In this document: positions 13,125 to 25,027 of the stretch, piece by piece | How the letters are laid out: every line of letters begins with the position of its first letter | Numbering within the stretch: position 1 is the first letter of the stretch | NCBI RefSeq assembly: GCF_963921235.1 | Contig: NC_086097.1 | Span: forward strand, 29,762,001-29,826,000 | DNA: 64,000 nucleotides | Direction: 5' to 3' | DNA from: Mobula hypostoma | Lineage: Eukaryota | Translations under genes and position numbers: made by a program | Notes under the pieces: generated by a model | What the model was told of the DNA's origin: nothing | The model's database searches: none | What the model saw: only the letters and a program-made list of their open reading frames with translations

Positions 13125-13910
13125 AGACCATAAGACATAGGAGCAGAATTAGGCCGCTTGGCCCGAGTCTGCTCTGCCATTCAATCATGGCTGAACCTTT
13201 TTCCCTCTCCTCAGTCCCACTCCCTGACCTTCTCCCCGTAATCTTTGATACTGTGTCCAATCAAGAACCTATCAAGCTCTGACTCGAATACACCCAATGA
13301 CCTGTCCTCCACAGCTGCCTGTGATAACAAATTCAACACCCTCTGGCTAAAGAAATTTCTCTGTATCTCTGTTTTAAATGGATGCCCCCACCCCATCCCG
13401 AGGCTGTGCCTTCTTATCCTAGGCTCCCCCACCATGGGAAATATCCTTTTCACATCTACTCTGTCTAGACTTTTCAACATTCAAAAGGTTTCAATGAGAT
13501 CCTCTGTCATTTATCCAAATTCCAGTGAGTACAGGCCCAGAGCTATCAAATGTTCCTCATATGATAACCTTTTCATTTCTGCAATCATCCTTCTGAACCT
13601 CCTCTGTACCCTCCCCAATGCCAGGACAACTTTTCTTAGGTGAGAAGCTTAAGGTGAGGCCTCATCACTGCCTTATAAAGCCTCAGCATCACATCCCTGC
13701 TCTCATATTCTAGACCTCTTGAAATGAATGCTAACATTGGATTTGCCTTCCTCACCACTGACTCTACCTGCAAGTTAACCTTTAGTGTGTTCTGCACAAG
13801 GACTCCCAAGTCCCTTTGCACCTCAGATTTTTGGATTTTCTTCCCATTCAGAAAATAGCCTGCACATTTATTTCTACTACCAAAGTGCATGACCACGCAT
13901 TTACCATAAT
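13125..13910 (-). mobile_element. CR1 LINE 3' fragment
   Basis: VMHFG...RDLGVLV...KAN.MLAFISRGLEY...LYKA..RPHL; (tcttatgg) tail. Confidence 0.85.
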
Positions 13911-15027
13911 GCTTCCTAGATTGGAGACCATGTCTTATGAGGATAGGTAGGGCTTTTTTCTTTGGAGCAAAGGAAGATTAGAAGTGACTAGATAGAGGTG
14001 TACAAGATGATGAGAGGCATACATAGGGCAGAAATGGCAAACACCAGGGGACATAATTTTATGGTGACTGGAGGACAGTATAGTGGGGGGATGTCAGAAG
14101 AAGGTCCTTTTAAAAGAAGTGGTGAGTTATGAGGGGTATAGATAGGGTAAATGCAAACACGAGGGAGTCTGCAGATGCTGGAAATTCAAGCAACACACAC
14201 AAAATGCTGGTGGAACGCTGCATTCCACCAGCATTTTGTGTGTGTTGGTTGGGTAAATGCAAGCAGGCTTTTTCCATTGAAGTTGGGTGGGACTACAACT
14301 AGAGGTCATGGGTTAAGGGTGAAAGGTGAGAAGTTTTTCAGGGGAGCATGAAGGAAAACTTCTTCACTCAGAGGGTCATGAGAGTGACAGCACAAGTGGT
14401 GCATGCGAGCTCAATTTCAACATTTAAGAGAAATTTGGATATGTACATGGATGGTAGGGGTATGGAGGGCTATGGTCCCAGTGCAGGTTGATGGGAGGAG
14501 GCAGCTTAAATGGTTTGGCACAGACTAGATGAGATGAAGGGCCTGTTTATGTGCTCTACTCCTCTATGACTTTATGACTCCAAAATTTTCCCCTCAGTTT
14601 CCTATTAAAACTCTTCCCTTAGACCTGTGTCCTCCAGTTTTTGATTCCCCAGTGCTGGGGATAAAGACAGTGTGCATTGAACAGATTAAACACTGAACAA
14701 ATATAAGAACAAATTATGTACACTATGCTGAAAACACAATATTATTTATAATGTTTATTCATTATTATAAAAACAATAAATACAATAGAGCAATTATAAA
14801 GTGATGGAGGCTCGCCATAAGAGCAGACGTCAAAGGAATTATTTGCAGGCACCTCCTGTCGATGTTAGCCACAGTAACCATGCTGCTTGTACCTGCAGCA
14901 AGATCTATTCTGTTCCAAGGTTGTGGCTTGAAACGTTGACAATTCCATTCCCCCCACAGATGCTACCTGACCCGTCGAGTTCCTCTTGGTGCTCCAGATT
15001 CCTGCATCTGTTATGTTTTGTATACAT

Positions 15028-15294
15028 CTGCACTGGGGGAGTTCAGACAGATTCCTGTCTGCACTGGCGGAGTTCAGACAGATTCCTGTCTGCACTGGCG
15101 GAGTTCAGACAGATTCCTGTCTGCACTGGGGGAATTCAGACAGATTCCTGTCTGCACTGCGGGAGTTCAGACAGATTCCTGACTACACTGGGGGAGATCA
15201 GACAGATTCCTGTCTGCACTGGGGGAATTCAGACAGATTCCTGTCTGCACTGGGGGAATTCAGACAGATTCCTGTCTGCACTGGGGGAATTCAG
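15028..15294. repeat. Minisatellite with a 31-bp unit, about 8.6 copies
   Basis: Unit ctgcactgggggaattcagacagattcctgt repeats at 15028, 15059, 15090, 15121, 15152, 15183, 15214 and 15245, with a partial copy at 15276. Confidence 0.95.
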
Positions 15295-16015
15295 TGAGTC
15301 GAGCAGCTTCTGTGGGAGGAAAGGAATTGTCGATGTTTCATATTGGACCATGCATAGGGACCCTTGCTCTTGTTTCCTTGTCTTCTTGGTCGAAGGAGGC
15401 GTCTTTTGGAATTGATTCTACTATAATTGGTGTTTGGTATGCCACGAAGGACTCTAGCAAGTTTCTACAGATGTACCACGGAGAGCATTCTGACTGGTCG
15501 CATCACCGTCTGTTACGGAGGCGCCAATGCCCAGGATCGGACAAAGCTGTAGAGGGTTGTAAACTCAACCAGCTCCACCATGGGCACTAACCTCCCCACC
15601 ATTGAGAACATCTTCAAAACATGATGCCTCTAGAAGGCAGCATCCATCATAAAGGACCCACACCATCCAGGATATACACTCTTCTCATTACTACCACCGG
15701 GGAGGAGGTACAGGAGTCTGAAGACCCACACTCAATGTTTTAGAAAACACTTGTTCCTCTCTTCCCACAGATTTCTGAACAGTCCGTGAACACTACCTCA
15801 CTATTTTGCTCTATTTTGCACTACTTATTTATGTAACTTTTATAGTTTGTGTTGTAACTTATAGTATTTTGTGTATCACACTGTACTACTGCTGCAAAAT
15901 TACACACTTCACAATTTAATGTATGTCAATGATATTAAACCTGATTCTGATTCTGATTCTATCAATTGGCATTCTTGACTCAAAATGTCAACAATGTTTA
16001 CAATCATGAGAGGCA

Positions 16016-16640
16016 TACGAGGGGTGATTGATAAGTTTGTGGCCTAAGGTAGAAAGAGTCAATTTTAGAAAACCTAGCACATTTATTTTTCCTACATTTC
16101 CACACTTAGTCCAGTGGCTGTGGAGCATACGGATCCCTTCTTTGTAGAAGTCGGCGTCTTGGACCTCCAGAAAGTGGTCCACAGCAGGGGTGATTGATAA
16201 GTTCATGGCCTTAAGTAGAAGGAGATGAGCTATTAACTTCAAACTTTCTGCATTTTCACTCAAAGAGTTGAACTGCATGCGCATGTAACAAGAGCTGTAT
16301 AACTCATTTCCTTCTACCCAAAGCTACGAACTTATCAATCACCCCTGCTGTGGACCACCTGGAGGTCCAAGATGCTCTTGTTACATGTATGTGCAGTTCA
16401 ACTCTCTGAGTGATAATGCAGAAAGTTTGAAGTTAAAAACTCATCTCCTTCCACCTTAGGCCACGAACATATCAATCACCCCTGCTGTGGACCACTTCTA
16501 CAAAGAAAGGATCCGTATGCTCCACGACCGCTGAACTAAGTGTGTAAATGTAGGAGGGGACTATGTTGAAAAATAAATGTGCTAGGTTTTCTAAAATTGA
16601 CCGTCTACCTTAGGCCACGAATTTATCAATCACCCTTATA
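16016..16640. mobile_element. Mariner-derived non-autonomous element with multiple internal TIR copies
   Basis: TA-cgaggggtgattgataagtttgtggcctaaggtag TIR and its inverse at the end. Transposase C-terminal remnant FYKEGIRML...WTKC.NVG(GDYVEK*) is present in both orientations. Confidence 0.85.
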
Positions 16641-18173
16641 GGTGAGGTGGAGGGTAACAGTCATTTCCCCAGGGCAGGGGAGTCCAAATTGGGGGACATA
16701 GATTTAGGGTGAGAGAGGAAAGATTTAAAAGGGACTAGAGGAGCAACTTTTTCACCCAGAGGGTGGTGAGTTTATGGAACGAGCTACCAGAGGAAGTGGT
16801 TGAGGCAGGTACAATAGTATCATTTAAGAAGTACCTGAATAGATATGTACATGGAGGGATCGGTCTTAGGGGGATTTTAGAAGTCCTCATGCAGGATTCC
16901 TCAAAGATTAACTTGAAAGTGGTAGAGAAGGCAAATGCAATGTTAGCTTTCATTTTGAGAGGACTAGTATATAGCCCTCCATATTGAGGAGTTGAGCAGT
17001 GCCCAGTCGGTGAGTGGGAGCACGGGAAGAAGTAATGATTTCAGTTAGTTCTGCGGCTGAAGTTTAAAAAAGGCAGCGCTTCACTGCAGTTTTCGGAGTT
17101 GGACTGCATCCATTCAGTGAACAGGATTCATTAGCAAAGACAAATAAAAATAAGGCAAGGTCATTGCTGGAGCGGCCATTGTGTGAGTGGGCTGGTGTAA
17201 GGTACGTATTTGGTAAGTTTCTTCTTTTTCTTTATTCTTTATTCCTCACCTATTAGGGCACAGTTAGTATGGCTCCAGTGCCTATGATTTGTTCTCTGTG
17301 TGAGATGTGGGAATTCTGGGAGATAACCACATCCACACCAGGTATACCAAGCTGCAGCTCCTCTGAGTATGTGTTAGGGAACTGGAGCTGCAGCTCGATG
17401 ACCTTTGGCTCACAGGGGACAATGAGAAAGGAGCTACAGGGTCAACCCAAGGCTGCAGTTGGCTGATAACTGGGTGACTGTCAGGAGAAGGAAGGGAAAT
17501 GGACAGCCAGTGCAGGGTACCCCTGTGGCCATTCCCCTCAATAATAACAATATCACTTTGGACACTGTTGAGGGGAGCAACCCACCGGGGGTGGGGGGGG
17601 GAGCCACAGCAACTGGGTCTCTGGTGCTGTGGCTCAGAAGGGAAGAGGAGTGAAGGAGTGTAGCAGTGATAGGCGATTCCATAGTTAGAGGAATAGGAAC
17701 GCGATTCTGTGAACACAATTGAGACACCCGGGTGGTATGTTGCCTCCCAGGTGCCAGAGTCAGGGACGGCTCGGATCCAGTCCACAGCATTCTAAAGGGG
17801 TAGGGTGAGCTACCAGAAGTCCTGGTACATATCGGCACCAATGACATAAGTGCACAAGGTCCTGAAGAGAGATTTTAGGGAGTGAGGTAGAAAGCTGAAA
17901 AGCAGGACCTCCAGGGTAGTATTCTCCGGATTGCTGCCTGTGCCACGTGCCAGTGAGGGTAAGGATAGGATAAATTGGCAGGTCGATGCGAGGCTGAGAA
18001 ACTGGTGCAGGGGGCAGGGGTTCAGATTTCTGGATCATTGGGACCTCTTTTGGAGAAGATCCGACCAGTACAAAAGGGATTAGTTACATCTGAACCCAAG
18101 AGGGACCAATAGCCTTCCGGGCAGGTTGGCTAGAGCTGCTCAGGAGGGATAAACTAATTTGGCAGAGGGATGG

Positions 18174-18728
18174 CGTCACGGTCCGGTCCGTTGACTGCTC
18201 ATTTCAGTTAATTTCCTTTTCCCCGTGTTCCACTGGGCTCCTTGATTAGGGCACCTGATCCTCATTTGAACCGGCAACATAAAAACTCTGGCTTATATCT
18301 ACTCGCTGCTGGTTCGTCACCGTTGCCAGTGCGGCTATGCTTATTCCCGGGGCTGCCGTGGATCGTGGACTCTTAGCTGCTTCGGTGCCTGTGGCTGTTT
18401 AGAGAATTCAGTCATTTTCGTGTCCAGCTGAGTTGCCAGTCGTTTTGCCGCTACTCCGAGTCAAGATGCGAAGTCTGTCGTTTTCATGTTCACCTGAGAT
18501 TTGCTGACCGATTGCCGCAGCTCGAGTGGACTGTCGTTGTTTTGTCGTTCCGAGTCCGAATCCAGGTTTTCCCAGTTTGCTATCCAATGGTCATGTCCAT
18601 GTTGGCTTTTTATCCTCACTTCCTGGCCTTCTGAGTAGCTATCAATAAATACATTTCTGTTTATTCTACTTCTGTGTCTGTGTCCTGCGCTTGGGTCTGC
18701 CCCTGTCCTCCAGCCGCCCCTTGCAACA
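18174..18728 (+). mobile_element. Solo LTR (555 bp), Gypsy-type
   Basis: Termini cgtcacggtcc (TG start mutated to CG) and ttgcaaca; exact 5-bp TSD GATGG; AATAAA near the 3' end. Confidence 0.88.
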
Positions 18729-19464
18729 GATGGGAACTGGAGTGACAGGGCTAAGTATGGGGTAGGTTGGTTTACAAACAAAGGCGGTGTGTGATGAGAC
18801 TGTTAGTAGGGAGAGGCTGGTGATAGGGCAAAATTGCAGTCGATGGGATGAGTTGCAATGTAAAAGGGGACAAAATTGAAAAGGGTGGTGAATACAGGAC
18901 TGAGGTGTTATATTTGAAAACACACAATTTACGGAATAAGGTAGATGAACTTGTAGCACAGTTACAGATTGGCGTGTATAATGTTGTAGGCATCACTGAA
19001 TCATGGCTGAAAGAAGATTGTAGCTGGGAGCTCAACGTTCAAGGATACATATTGTATCGAAGGGACAGGTAGGTAGGCAGAGGGGGTGGTGTTGCTCTGT
19101 TTGTTAAAAAATGACATCAAATCATTAGAAAGAGGTGTCACAGGAGCAGAAAGTGTAGAATACTTGTGGGTTGAGCTAAGAAACTGTAAGGATAAAAATA
19201 ACCTGATGGGTGTTATATATAGACTCCTGAACAGAGGCTGGGATGTGGGGTACAAGTTAGATTGGCAAATAGAAAATGCATATCAAAAAAGGGTAATGTT
19301 ACGAAAGTCATGTGGGGGGTTTCAATATTCAGGTAGATCGGGAAAATCAAGTTGGTGCTGGATCCCACGATGGGGAATTAGCGGAATAGCTACGAGTTTT
19401 TTTTTAGAGCAGCTCATGTTTGTGCCCAATAGGGGATCAGCTATTCTGCATTGGATGTTGTGCA

Positions 19465-20389
19465 TGTCACGGTCCCGACCGTAAATTCCTCTTATTCTCC
19501 TAATTCTCTTTTCCCCGTGTTCTCCCAGGCTCCTTAATTGTGGCATCTGATTCTCATCTGAACCTGCAGCATGAAAACCCCGGCTTTGCATCTACTCGTT
19601 GCCCGATTGTTGCTTCAGCCAGTGTGGTAATTCACGTTCCCAGCCGCTTAGAATTGTGTACTCTAAGTTTTACTTCAGTACCGAGGTTTACCTGTGTAAC
19701 TCTGTCTCTCCGTGTCAAGGTAAGTATTGCCAGCCGTTTATCGTTCCATTTGCCGCTCCATGTCAAGGTAAGTGTTGCCTGCTGCCTGTCTCCGGTTTGC
19801 CGTTCAGCTCCAGCAACGCCCTGTGTCAAGAAAAGTTTTGCCTGCCTCCTGCTCTTCCGTTCCTCCGTGCTGTTTGCCTGTGTTAACTCTGTCGCTCGAC
19901 TGCTTAGAATTGTGTATTCTAAGTTCTGTTCCCACGTTGTTTGCCAGTATTAATCCTGTCTCTCGACCGCTAAGAATTGTGTATTCTAAGTTCTGTTTCT
20001 GTGCTGTTTGCCTGTGTTAACGCTGTCTCTTAGCCGCTTAGAACTGTGTATTCTAAGTTTTCTTTCCGTACTGTTGCTTGCCTGTGTTAACTCTGTCTCT
20101 CCGTGTTAACAGGAGCATGGCATGCCGCCTGTCGTTCTTCCCCAGCCACGCTCATCCCCTTGTCTGCATCCCTGCTCTGCCTTGTCCCACCGTCCGTCTA
20201 CACTCTCCGCTGGCTCAGTGGTTAAAAGCCACGCTCCCACCGTAGCCTCACTCCTCACTCACTCCTCGGCTTTTCTCTGTCTAATCCTCGCTTTCCAGCC
20301 TTCCCTGCAACCGACAATAAACACTCTCCTGGTTACGCTACCTCCATGTTAGTGTCCTGCGTTTGGACTCACCCATTCTCTTTGCAACA
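19465..20389 (+). mobile_element. Solo LTR (925 bp), related family
   Basis: TGTCACGGTCC...TTGCAACA termini, exact 5-bp TSD GTGCA, AATAAA at ~20316, internal 67-bp repeats. Confidence 0.9.
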
Positions 20390-20873
20390 GTGCAATGAAC
20401 CAGAATTAATTCGAGAGCTAAAGGTAATCAAATCCTGAGGGATCAGTGTTCATAGTATGATAGAATTCACTCTGCAATTTCAGAAGGAGAAGATGAAGTC
20501 AGATATATCAGTATTGCAGTGGAGTAAAGCAAATTACAGAGGCATGAGAGAGGAATTGGCCAAATTTGATTGGAAGGGAACATAAGTAGGAATGACAGCA
20601 GAGCAGCAATGGCTGGAGTTTCTGGGAGCAATTCAGAAGGTGCAGGTTAGATACATCCCAAAGAAGTACTCAAGAGGCAGGATGATGCAACCGTGGCTGA
20701 CAAGGGAAGTCAAAGACAACATAAAAGCCAAAGAGTGAGCATATAATAGATCAAAAATTATTGGGAAGTTAGAGGATTGAGCAGATTTTAAGAAACAACA
20801 GAAGGCAACTAAAAAGATCATAAAGAGGGAAAAGATGGAATACAAAAGTAAGCTAGCCAATAATATTAAAGAG

Positions 20874-23800
20874 ATTCGGAGCAAGAAGGCTATGAGTAGA
20901 ACGGAGAAGGATTTCCAGAGCGAAGGCATTTTACTACTCAGGGTAAAAGAGAGGCAAGACTGCACAGACGCATGATGTCAGCCAGTAGAGCAGGAAAAAT
21001 TTAAAAAGAAGACCGCCATATCCAGCGGGCAGTAGAGTGAGGGCTTTGGCTCAACGGGCTTAGGCGGTAACGAGGCGAGGTAGATTTGCTTGTGGAAAGG
21101 AATTACTTGTGTGAGGCCGGTTTTCTGTGCTCAGTGTCAGATGTGGGAGGTCCTGGAGTCTTCCAGCCTCCCGGACGGCCATATCTGCACCCGGTGTGTC
21201 GAGCTGCAGCTCCTAAGGGACCACGTTAGGGAACTGGAGATACAGCTCGATGACCTTCGTCTGGTCAGGGAGAGCGAGGAGGTGATGGAAAGGAGTTATA
21301 GGCAGGTGGTCACACCGGGGCCGTGGGAGACAGACAAGTGGGTAACAGTCAGGAGAGGGAAGGGCAGGAGTCAGATGCTGGAGAGTATCCCTGTGGCTGT
21401 CCCCCTGAACAATAAGTTTGAGTACTGTTGGGGGGGGGGGCAGCCTACCTGGGGAAAGCAACAGTGGCTGTGCCTGTGGCACAGAGTCCGGCCCTGTGGC
21501 TCAGAAGGGTAGGGAAAGGAAGAGGATGGCAGCAGTGATAGGGGACTCTATAGTTAGGGGGTCAGACAGGCGATTCTGTGGACGCAGAAAAGAAACACAG
21601 ATGGTAGTTTGCCTCTCAGGTGCCAGGGTCCAGGATGTTTCTGATCGCGTCCATGATATCCTGAAGTGGGAAAGAGAATAGCCAGAGGTTGTGTGGTACA
21701 TATTGATACCAATGGCATAGGTAGGAAAAGGGAAGAGGTCCTGAAAGGAGACTACAGGGAGTTAGGAAGGAAGTTGAGAAGCAGGACCACAAAGGTAGTC
21801 ATCTCAGGATTACTGCCTGTGCCATGTGACAGTGAGTATAGGAATAGAATGAGGTGGAGGATAAATGTGTGGTTGAGGGATTGGAGCAGGGGGCAGGGAA
21901 TCAGATTTCTGGATCATTGGGACCTCTTTTGGGGCAGGTGTGACCTGTACAAAAAGGACAGGTTGCACTTGAATCCCAGGGGGACCAATATCCTGGCGGG
22001 GAGGTTTGCTAAGGCTATTGGGGAGAGTTTAAACTGGAATTGATGGGGGGTGGGAATCAATCTGAAGAGACTGGGGAAGAGACAGTTGGCTCACAAATAG
22101 AGAAAGCTTGTAGACAGTGTATGAGGAAGGATAAGGGGGTGATAGAGAAGGGACGCGCTCAGACCAAAGGTATGAGATGTGTTTATTTTAACGCAAAGAG
22201 TATTATGAACAAAGCGGATGAGCTTAGAGCATGGATCAGTACTTGGAGCTATGATGTGGTGGCCATGACAGAGACTTGGATGGCTCGGGGCAGGAATGGT
22301 TACTTCAAGTGCTGGGTTTTAGATGTTTCAGAAAGGACATGGAGGGAGGCAAAAGAGGTGGGGGTGTGGGACTGTTGATCAGAGATAGTGTCACGGCTGC
22401 AGAAAAGTTGGACATCATGGACGGATTGTCTACAGAGTCTCTGTGGGTGGAGGTTAGGAACAGGAAGGGGTCAATAACTTTACTGGGTGGTTTTCATAGG
22501 CCGCCCAATAGTAACAGGGATATCGAGGAGCAGATAGTGAAACAAATCTTGGAAAGGTGTAACAATAACAGAGTCGTCGTGGTGGGAGATTTTAATTTCC
22601 CAAATATCCCCCTGAAGCAAAGGGTTTAGATGGGGTGGAGTTTGTTAGTGTGCTCAGAAAGGTTTCTTGACACAATATGTAGATAAGCCTACAAGAGGAG
22701 AGGCTGTACTTGATTTGGTATTGGGAAATGAACCTGGTCAGGTGTCAGATCTCTCAGTGGGAGAGCATTTTGGAGATAGTGATCATAATTCTATCTCTTT
22801 TACCATAGCATTGGAGAGAGATAGGAACAGACAAGTTAGAAAAGCGTTTAATTGGAGTAAGGGGAATTATGAGGCTATCAGGCAGGAACTTGGAAGCTTA
22901 AATTGGGAGCAGATGTCCTCAGGGAAAAGCACGGAAGAAATGTGGCAAACGTTCAGGGGATATTTGTGTGGAGTTCTGCATAGGTACGTTCTACTGAGAC
23001 AGGGAAGTTATGGTAGGGTACAGGAACCGTGGTGTACAAAGGCTGTAATAAATCTAGTCAAGAAGAAAAGAAAAGCTTACAAAAGGCTCCAAGAGCTAGG
23101 TAATGTTAGAGATCTAGAAGATTATAAGGCTAACAGGAAAGAGTTTAAGAAGGAAATTAGGAGAGCCAGAAGGGGCCATGAGAAGGCCTTGGTGGGCAGG
23201 ATTAAGGAAAACCCCAAGGCATTCCACAAGTATGTGAAGAGCAAGAGGATAAGACTTGAAAGAATAGGACCTATCAAGTGTGACAGTGGGAAAGTGTGTA
23301 TGGAACCGGAGGAAATAGCAGAGGTACTTAATGAATACTTCACTTCAGTAGTCACTATGGAAAGGATCTTGGTGATTGTAGTGATGGCTTGCAGCGGACT
23401 GAAAAGCTTGAGCATGTAGATATTAAGAAAGAGGGTGTGCTGGAGCTTTTGGAAAGCATCAAGTTGGATGAGTCTCCAGGACTGGATGAGATGTACTCCA
23501 GGCTACTGTGGGAGGCGAGGGAGGAGATTGCTGAGCCTCTGGCGATGACCTTTGCATCATCAATGGAGACAGAAGAGGCTCTGGAGGATTGGAGAGTTGC
23601 GGATGTTGTTCCCTTATTCAAGAAAGGGAGTAGGGATAGCCCAGGAAATTATAGACCAGTGAGTCTTACTTCAGTGAATGGTAAGTTGATGGAGAAGATC
23701 CTGAGAGGCAGGATTTATGAACATTTGGGGAGGTATAATATGATCAGGAACAGTCAACATGGCTTTGTCAAGGGTGGATCGTGCCTTACGAGCCTGATTG

Positions 23801-25027
23801 AATTCTTTGAGGATGTGACTAAACACATTGATGAAGGAAGAGCAGTAGATGTAGTGTATATGGATTTCATCAAGGCATTTGATAAGGTATCCTATGCAAG
23901 GCTTATTGAGAAAGTAAGGAGGCATGGGATCCAAGGGGACATTGCTTTGTGGATCCAGAACTGGCTTGCCCACAGAAGGCAAAGAGTGGTTGTAGATGGG
24001 TCATATTCTGCATGGAGGTCAGTGACCAGTGGAGTGCCTCAGGGATCTGTTATAGGACCCTTACTCTTCGTGATTTTTATAAATGACCTGGATGAGGAAG
24101 TGGAAGGATGGGTTAGTAAGTTTGCTGATGGCACAAATGTTGGAGGTGTTGTGGATAGTGTGGAGGGCTCTCAGAGGTTACAGCGGGACATTGATAGGAT
24201 GCAAAACGGGGTTAAGAAGTGGCAGATGGAGTTCAACCCAGATAAGTGTGAAGTAGTTCATTTTGGCAGGTCAAATATGATGGCAGAATATAGTATTAAT
24301 GGTCAGGCTCTTGGCAGTGTGGAGGGTCAGAGGGATTTTGGGGTCCGAGTCCGTAGGACGCTCAAAGCCACTGCGCAGGTTGAATCTGTGGTTAAGAAGG
24401 CATACGGTGTATTGGCCTTCATCAATCGTGGAATTGAATTTAAGAGCCCAGAGGTAACGTTGCAGCTATATAGGACCCTGGTCAGACACCACTTGGAGTA
24501 CTGTGCTCAGTTCTGGTCGCCTCACTACAGGAAGGATGTGGAAGCCATAGAAAGGGTACAGAGGAGATTTACATGGATATTGCTGCATTGGGGAGCATGC
24601 CTTATGAAAACAGGTTGAATGAACTCAGCCTTTTCTCCTTAGAGCGACGGAGGATGAGAGGTGACCTGATAGGGGGCTATAAGATGATGAGAGGCATTGA
24701 TCATGTGGGATAGTCAGAGGCTTTTTCCCAGGGCTGAAATGGTTGCCACAAGAGGACACAGGTTCAAGGTGCTGGGGAGTAGGTACAGAGGGGGTGTCAG
24801 GGGTAAGTTTTTTACTCAGAGAGTGGTGACAGCGTGGAATGGGCTGCCGGCAACGGTGGTGGAGGCGGATACGATAGGGTCTTTTTAGAGACTTTTGGAT
24901 AGGTACATGGAGCTTAGAAAAATAGAGGGCTATGGGTAAACCTAGTAATTTCTATGGTAAGGACATGTTCGGCACAACTTTGTGGACCGAAGGGCCTGCA
25001 CTGTGCTGTAGGATTTCTACGTTTCTA
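20874..25027 (+). mobile_element. Younger near-full-length CR1 LINE (5' UTR, ORF1 ZnF-esterase, ORF2 APE-RT, 3' tail), inactivated by frameshifts
   Basis: ORF1 CAQCQMWE...C..C and VIGDSIVRG...KDRLHLN; ORF2 AMTETW, VGDFN, GDSDHN; a 409-aa RT ORF; tail tttctacgtttcta. Confidence 0.93.
23389..24618 (+). pseudogene. CR1 reverse transcriptase ORF fragment (409 aa)
   Basis: NYRPVSLTS, SQHGF, VYMDF.KAFD and SGVPQGSV.GPLLF motifs. The catalytic FADD motif is mutated to FADG. Confidence 0.92.

Noticed and set aside
15028..15294. CRISPR-like array of ~31-bp palindromic repeats
   Set aside because: The units are directly adjacent with no unique spacers, there are no cas genes, and the context is vertebrate. 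It is a minisatellite.
14801..15415. 204-aa ORF with repeated peptides
   Set aside because: The open frame is a by-product of the stop-free 31-bp tandem repeat.
14680..15430. Further HHIPL1 exon or poly(A) site (AT-rich patch with minus-strand AATAAA at 14754-14759; basic peptide at ~15360-15415)
   Set aside because: No convincing splice sites or SRCR motifs, and it is about 12 kb from the candidate stop. It cannot be supported without transcript data.
19902..20060. CRISPR-like repeat-spacer pattern with a 67-bp period
   Set aside because: The spacers resemble each other and the block lies inside a TSD-flanked LTR.
23389..24618. Active reverse transcriptase or a prokaryotic retron/DGR-type RT
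   Set aside because: It has CR1-specific motifs and context, upstream frameshifts and a mutated catalytic motif (FADG).
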